This document shows positions 28,737-32,000 of a stretch of 32,000 nt of DNA, piece after piece (within the stretch, counting starts at the first letter, position 1; the number at the start of each line of letters is the position of its first letter). The DNA comes from Candidatus Saganbacteria bacterium (lineage in GTDB: Bacteria > Margulisbacteria > WOR-1 > JAKLHX01): assembly GCA_026387835.1 (NCBI GenBank), contig JAPLKZ010000005.1, positions 150,001-182,000 of the forward strand, written 5' to 3'. The position numbers were made by a program, and so were the translations under genes. The notes beneath the pieces were generated by a model that saw only the letters and a program-made list of their open reading frames with translations, was not told the origin of the DNA and made no database searches.

Positions 28737-30185
28737 ATGCAATTCAAATGGATACATGAAGGGCCGATATATCAGGCGATGGTTAAAGACCATGGAGGTT
28801 TTACCGCTATAAAAAGAAGATTGCCTTATCTTGCGGAAAGGAATATAAAGACTATTTGGTTATGCGGCGTCCAAGAGAACCATAACGGGGTCTCGCCCTT
28901 CGCCTTAACGGACCCGCTGGCAGTCGAAAAAAAATATGGTACCGAGGACGATCTAAGGGATCTGATCAATACCGGGCATGAAAAGCACGGGTTCAGGTTC
29001 ATCGGTGATTCCATATTGAACCACGTTTCAAGAAGCAGTGCATTACTAAGGAGCCATTCTGACTGGTTCTTAAGATACCCGAGCGGTTGGATAAGATATG
29101 GCACTGACCTTAACAATGAAAGCGTAGATAAGCCTTTTGTGCCGGGAAAAGATTGTTGGAGGTTCGAGGATACGGCGCAATTTGATTTCCTGGCCCCGGG
29201 ATTAAAACAGTATTTGATAGACTCCGGATATTTCATGCTTAACCTAGGCTTTGACGGGCTGAGGATGGATGCGCCAATGGCGCTCCTAAAAAATAGAATG
29301 AAATATAATTGGTACCGGGGCAGAGAACATGAAGTGGATAAAGTGTTCCGGGATGAACTCCTCAGAGAGTTCATATATCTTATGAGGGAAAGAAGAAATG
29401 ATGCCTGTTTTGTGGCGGAATCTTTTCAGATGCATAAAGAGATGATCTCTTGCGGGATCGATGTGGCCTATGATCCGGGATGCGTATATAAGGCATACGA
29501 TGTTTTTAAACGTCTTGCAGATGTGGAGACATTCGATAGATATCTCAGCGACATCTGTTCGAATGGAGGTGAAAGTTCGTTCTGCATGGCCCATTTCAAG
29601 GACGGACATGATATAAGGGATACCCGCTGCAATGACGAAGGAATGAAAAAACCAAGGAACCTTGACCCTGCCGAGCTCAAGGTGGTGGCGACGCTTATTG
29701 CGACCATGCCCGGGGTGCCGATGTTATTCAACGGGGAGCTTGAGGCGGTCAGAGGATACGGCTATGACAGGGAAGGCACTTCTTTTATAGATTTCGGCAA
29801 CATCGACGGTGACCTTGCCTCTTTCAATTATGCCCTTTCCAAATTGTGGCGCATGCCGCTGTTCAGACAAGGCGGAACCGATTATCTTCCTACAAGGGAC
29901 GGATGGACATCCGGCGGTATAAGGGCATTTGCGAGGCAGTTCAACGGCGAAAAGGCTGTCGTCGCGGTAAATATGCATTCAGATTACGCGTGGACAGCTT
30001 ACAGGTCATTTGGTGTCGATCCTCTTCTCTGGGGTCTTGGGGACGGCCGTAAGATCATGGTGCGTGACATGATGACCGGCCAGCTGTTCCATGAGACGTC
30101 AGCCGGTGATCTGAGGACGAACGGACTTAAAGTCGGGCTTTGGCCCAAGGGTTCTCAGGTCCTGCAGCTGATACCGAAAGATTGA
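28737..30185 (+). CDS. Alpha-amylase family (GH13-like) protein
   Basis: The four GH13-like regions can be read: GDSILNH, GFDGLRMDAP, CFVAESF, GHDIRDTR, plus a C-terminal beta domain. N-terminal half is reminiscent of the GlgE/GH13_3 style. Confidence 0.75.
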   Translation: MQFKWIHEGPIYQAMVKDHGGFTAIKRRLPYLAERNIKTIWLCGVQENHNGVSPFALTDPLAVEKKYGTEDDLRDLINTGHEKHGFRFIGDSILNHVSRSSALLRSHSDWFLRYPSGWIRYGTDLNNESVDKPFVPGKDCWRFEDTAQFDFLAPGLKQYLIDSGYFMLNLGFDGLRMDAPMALLKNRMKYNWYRGREHEVDKVFRDELLREFIYLMRERRNDACFVAESFQMHKEMISCGIDVAYDPGCVYKAYDVFKRLADVETFDRYLSDICSNGGESSFCMAHFKDGHDIRDTRCNDEGMKKPRNLDPAELKVVATLIATMPGVPMLFNGELEAVRGYGYDREGTSFIDFGNIDGDLASFNYALSKLWRMPLFRQGGTDYLPTRDGWTSGGIRAFARQFNGEKAVVAVNMHSDYAWTAYRSFGVDPLLWGLGDGRKIMVRDMMTGQLFHETSAGDLRTNGLKVGLWPKGSQVLQLIPKD

Positions 30186-30222
30186 TCCTTCCGGCGCATT
30201 TCTTAGAGCACCTAAAAAATAC

Positions 30223-30249
30223 TGAAATTTCAGATATTTCCCGACGATA
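30223..30249 (+). promoter_or_regulatory. Bipartite alternative-sigma-like promoter (TGAAAT-N16-CGATA) for the 256-aa gene
   Basis: TGAAATTTCAGATATTTCCCGACGATA; closely matches the element at 2019-2045. Confidence 0.55.
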
Positions 30250-30304
30250 GATATATGAGTTCAAAAAGAGCTCAATTAATAAGTTCCAATAAAGGAGAAA
30301 TGCG

Positions 30305-31075
30305 ATGAGTATATATGCTTTTCAAGCTGGATCAAAAAGAATAGATATTGGCGGACGTCTGGCAATGGACGTGCTTCCCGCGGCTCATCTTAAGAGGTTC
30401 CTGGCTAACGGGATCCTTCCGAGAACCCGGCTTTACGGAGATTTACGCACAGTCGATCTCAGAAATCCTAATATGCCGGTCGAAGTGGAGGAGGCGGCAC
30501 GCCTTCAGAAATTCCTCGGCAAGGAAGCATATGCCAAAATGGCCGCCCGCGAGCCTATTCAACTTGCTGTCAGGACTTCGGTAAACACGCCAAAATATGC
30601 TATGAATGAATATCCTTATAAATATATATCGCTTGCATTTTCCCTTTTTGGCAGCCCCGGCGAAGGACGGGCATATAATATGGTCATAACTCCGTATGCC
30701 GGGCTAAGTCATCCGGTCATGGAATTTAACTGGGCGGATATATTTTCGCACGGCACAGACTGTTTACCGTATTTCAATCTGACAAGACTTGAGATCATCA
30801 AGAACCCAGACACTAACTCGACTTCAAAATTCCTTGTCAGGAGAATGCAGCTGGTTGACAGGCATGACCAGGGACTGGCAGCTGTTTTTTTCAAGAACAC
30901 TCCGTTATCCGCCTGGACGGGACTTGTCGATCCTCCCGGAACGAAAGGGAAGGATAACAGATATATGGGAATGTATTTTTTGGGCAATTTAGCCTGCGCG
31001 CTTGACCGTATCGAGAAAATGTTCCCTGTGCATCAAGCTCTTGATCGCGATTTGAGAAAGAAAGAAGAGGCTTAG
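30305..31075 (+). CDS. Uncharacterized protein
   Basis: 256-aa ORF with strong SD (AAAGGAG) before ATG; MSIYAFQAGSKRIDIGGRLAMDVLPAAHL...; no recognised domain. Confidence 0.75.
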   Translation: MSIYAFQAGSKRIDIGGRLAMDVLPAAHLKRFLANGILPRTRLYGDLRTVDLRNPNMPVEVEEAARLQKFLGKEAYAKMAAREPIQLAVRTSVNTPKYAMNEYPYKYISLAFSLFGSPGEGRAYNMVITPYAGLSHPVMEFNWADIFSHGTDCLPYFNLTRLEIIKNPDTNSTSKFLVRRMQLVDRHDQGLAAVFFKNTPLSAWTGLVDPPGTKGKDNRYMGMYFLGNLACALDRIEKMFPVHQALDRDLRKKEEA

Positions 31076-31117
31076 GATTAAGCAATATCTGTTTATTTGT
31101 TAAAACCTGTTTAACGG

Positions 31118-31594
31118 CTAAAAAGTTGTAGTTCGCCCCTTTTTATCAGATCTTAACGTTCTGAAGAAATCTTTTAATATATCCATGCAATCTTCTTTGC
31201 AAACGTCCTTGATAATTTTTACCTTGTGATTTAACCGCTTGCTCTTTAAGATGTTCATGATGCTTCCCGCAGCCCCGGCTTTCGGGTCAGCAGTGCCATA
31301 GATCAAAGTCCTTATCCTTGAAAGGACCATGGCTCCGGCGCACATGGGGCAGGGCTCGAGCGTTGTGTACAGATCGACCTTGTTAAGTCTCCATGTTTTC
31401 ATCTTTTTTACTGCTTTTTGCAGGCACAGAAGCTCGGCATGGGCGGTCGGGTCATTCCTTTTTTCTTTCTCGTTGTGAGCCCTTGCGATGACCTTGCCGT
31501 CGAGGACCGCCACTGCGCCGATGGGAACGTCGCCGGTCTTAAGTGCTTTGTTGGCCTCTTTGATGGCAGACCGCATAAAATGTTCATGTTTCAT
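31118..31594 (-). CDS. tadA: tRNA-specific adenosine deaminase / CMP-dCMP deaminase family
   Basis: DPTAHAELLCLQKAV and TTLEPCPMCAGAMVLSRI zinc motifs. Confidence 0.88.
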   Translation of the reverse strand: MKHEHFMRSAIKEANKALKTGDVPIGAVAVLDGKVIARAHNEKEKRNDPTAHAELLCLQKAVKKMKTWRLNKVDLYTTLEPCPMCAGAMVLSRIRTLIYGTADPKAGAAGSIMNILKSKRLNHKVKIIKDVCKEDCMDILKDFFRTLRSDKKGRTTTF

Positions 31595-31616
31595 TCTTCA
31601 ATTTTACCTTTCTCTA

Positions 31617-31625
31617 TGCTAAAAT
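31617..31625 (+). promoter_or_regulatory. Extended -10 promoter (TGCTAAAAT) 11 nt before pyrR ATG
   Basis: ctaTGCTAAAATgaaaggcacaaATG; same TGCTAAAAT-N11-ATG geometry as at 3982-4002. Confidence 0.5.
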
Positions 31626-31636
31626 GAAAGGCACAA

Positions 31637-32000
31637 ATGGCAAAAGAAAAGATAATAATGGACGGCCCGGATATAGCAAGAGCCGTCAAAAAAATAGCGC
31701 ATGAGATAATCGAAAAGAACAAAGGCGCCAAGAACATCGTTTTCGTGGGGATTCTTGAAGGCGGCTACCCGCTTGCGAAGAGGATTGCCAATATCATTAA
31801 AAGTGCAGCGGGTGAAAACATCGACGTTGGCGGGATCGACGTGTCTTTTTACAGGGACGATCTCATGGTAAAAGGGAAGAATATAACACCGAAAAAATCA
31901 GATATCCTATTCTCTGTGGACAAGAAGACCGTTATCCTCGTCGATGATGTGCTTTTCCACGGGAGGACCGTGCGTGCCGCCCTCGACAACCTGAACGATT
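31637..32000 (+). CDS. pyrR: PyrR-like phosphoribosyltransferase / pyrimidine operon regulator, partial (right edge)
   Basis: Translation from ATG 31637: MAKEKIIMDGPDIARAVKKIAHEIIEKN...VFVGILEGGYPLAKRI...GGIDVSFYRDDL...KKTVILVDDVLFHGRTVRAALDNLND. Confidence 0.9.
   Translation, partial: MAKEKIIMDGPDIARAVKKIAHEIIEKNKGAKNIVFVGILEGGYPLAKRIANIIKSAAGENIDVGGIDVSFYRDDLMVKGKNITPKKSDILFSVDKKTVILVDDVLFHGRTVRAALDNLND

Overview
Chromosomal window from an uncultured bacterium with a Gram-negative-type envelope; the lineage cannot be fixed from sequence alone. The middle (about 3-26.7 kb) is mostly housekeeping and envelope genes. On the minus strand lies a long co-directional block: thrC, lpxB-like, msbA-like ABC exporter, second lpxB-related gene, three GT4-like genes, epimerase, GT2. 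On the plus strand lie purN-purH-outer membrane protein and TPR-lptCA-trxB-rpsB-tsf-polA. tadA and pyrR sit at the right end. The two ends carry unusual, mostly monocistronic genes: tandem paralogs with 25-aa DUF4116-like repeats (left), a HIT-like protein (left), a radical-SAM-like protein with an atypical CX4CX2C motif, a GH13-like protein and an uncharacterized 256-aa protein (right). The main observation is a bipartite element, TGAAAT-N16-CGAT(A/G), with identical spacing upstream of all five of these transcription units and oriented towards each. It resembles an alternative sigma factor promoter (ECF or sigma-28/FliA geometry) and suggests a previously undescribed regulon. Other observations: near-leaderless extended -10 promoters, a palindrome inserted in frame in polA, a putative LptC-LptA fusion, and a frameshifted metallophosphoesterase.
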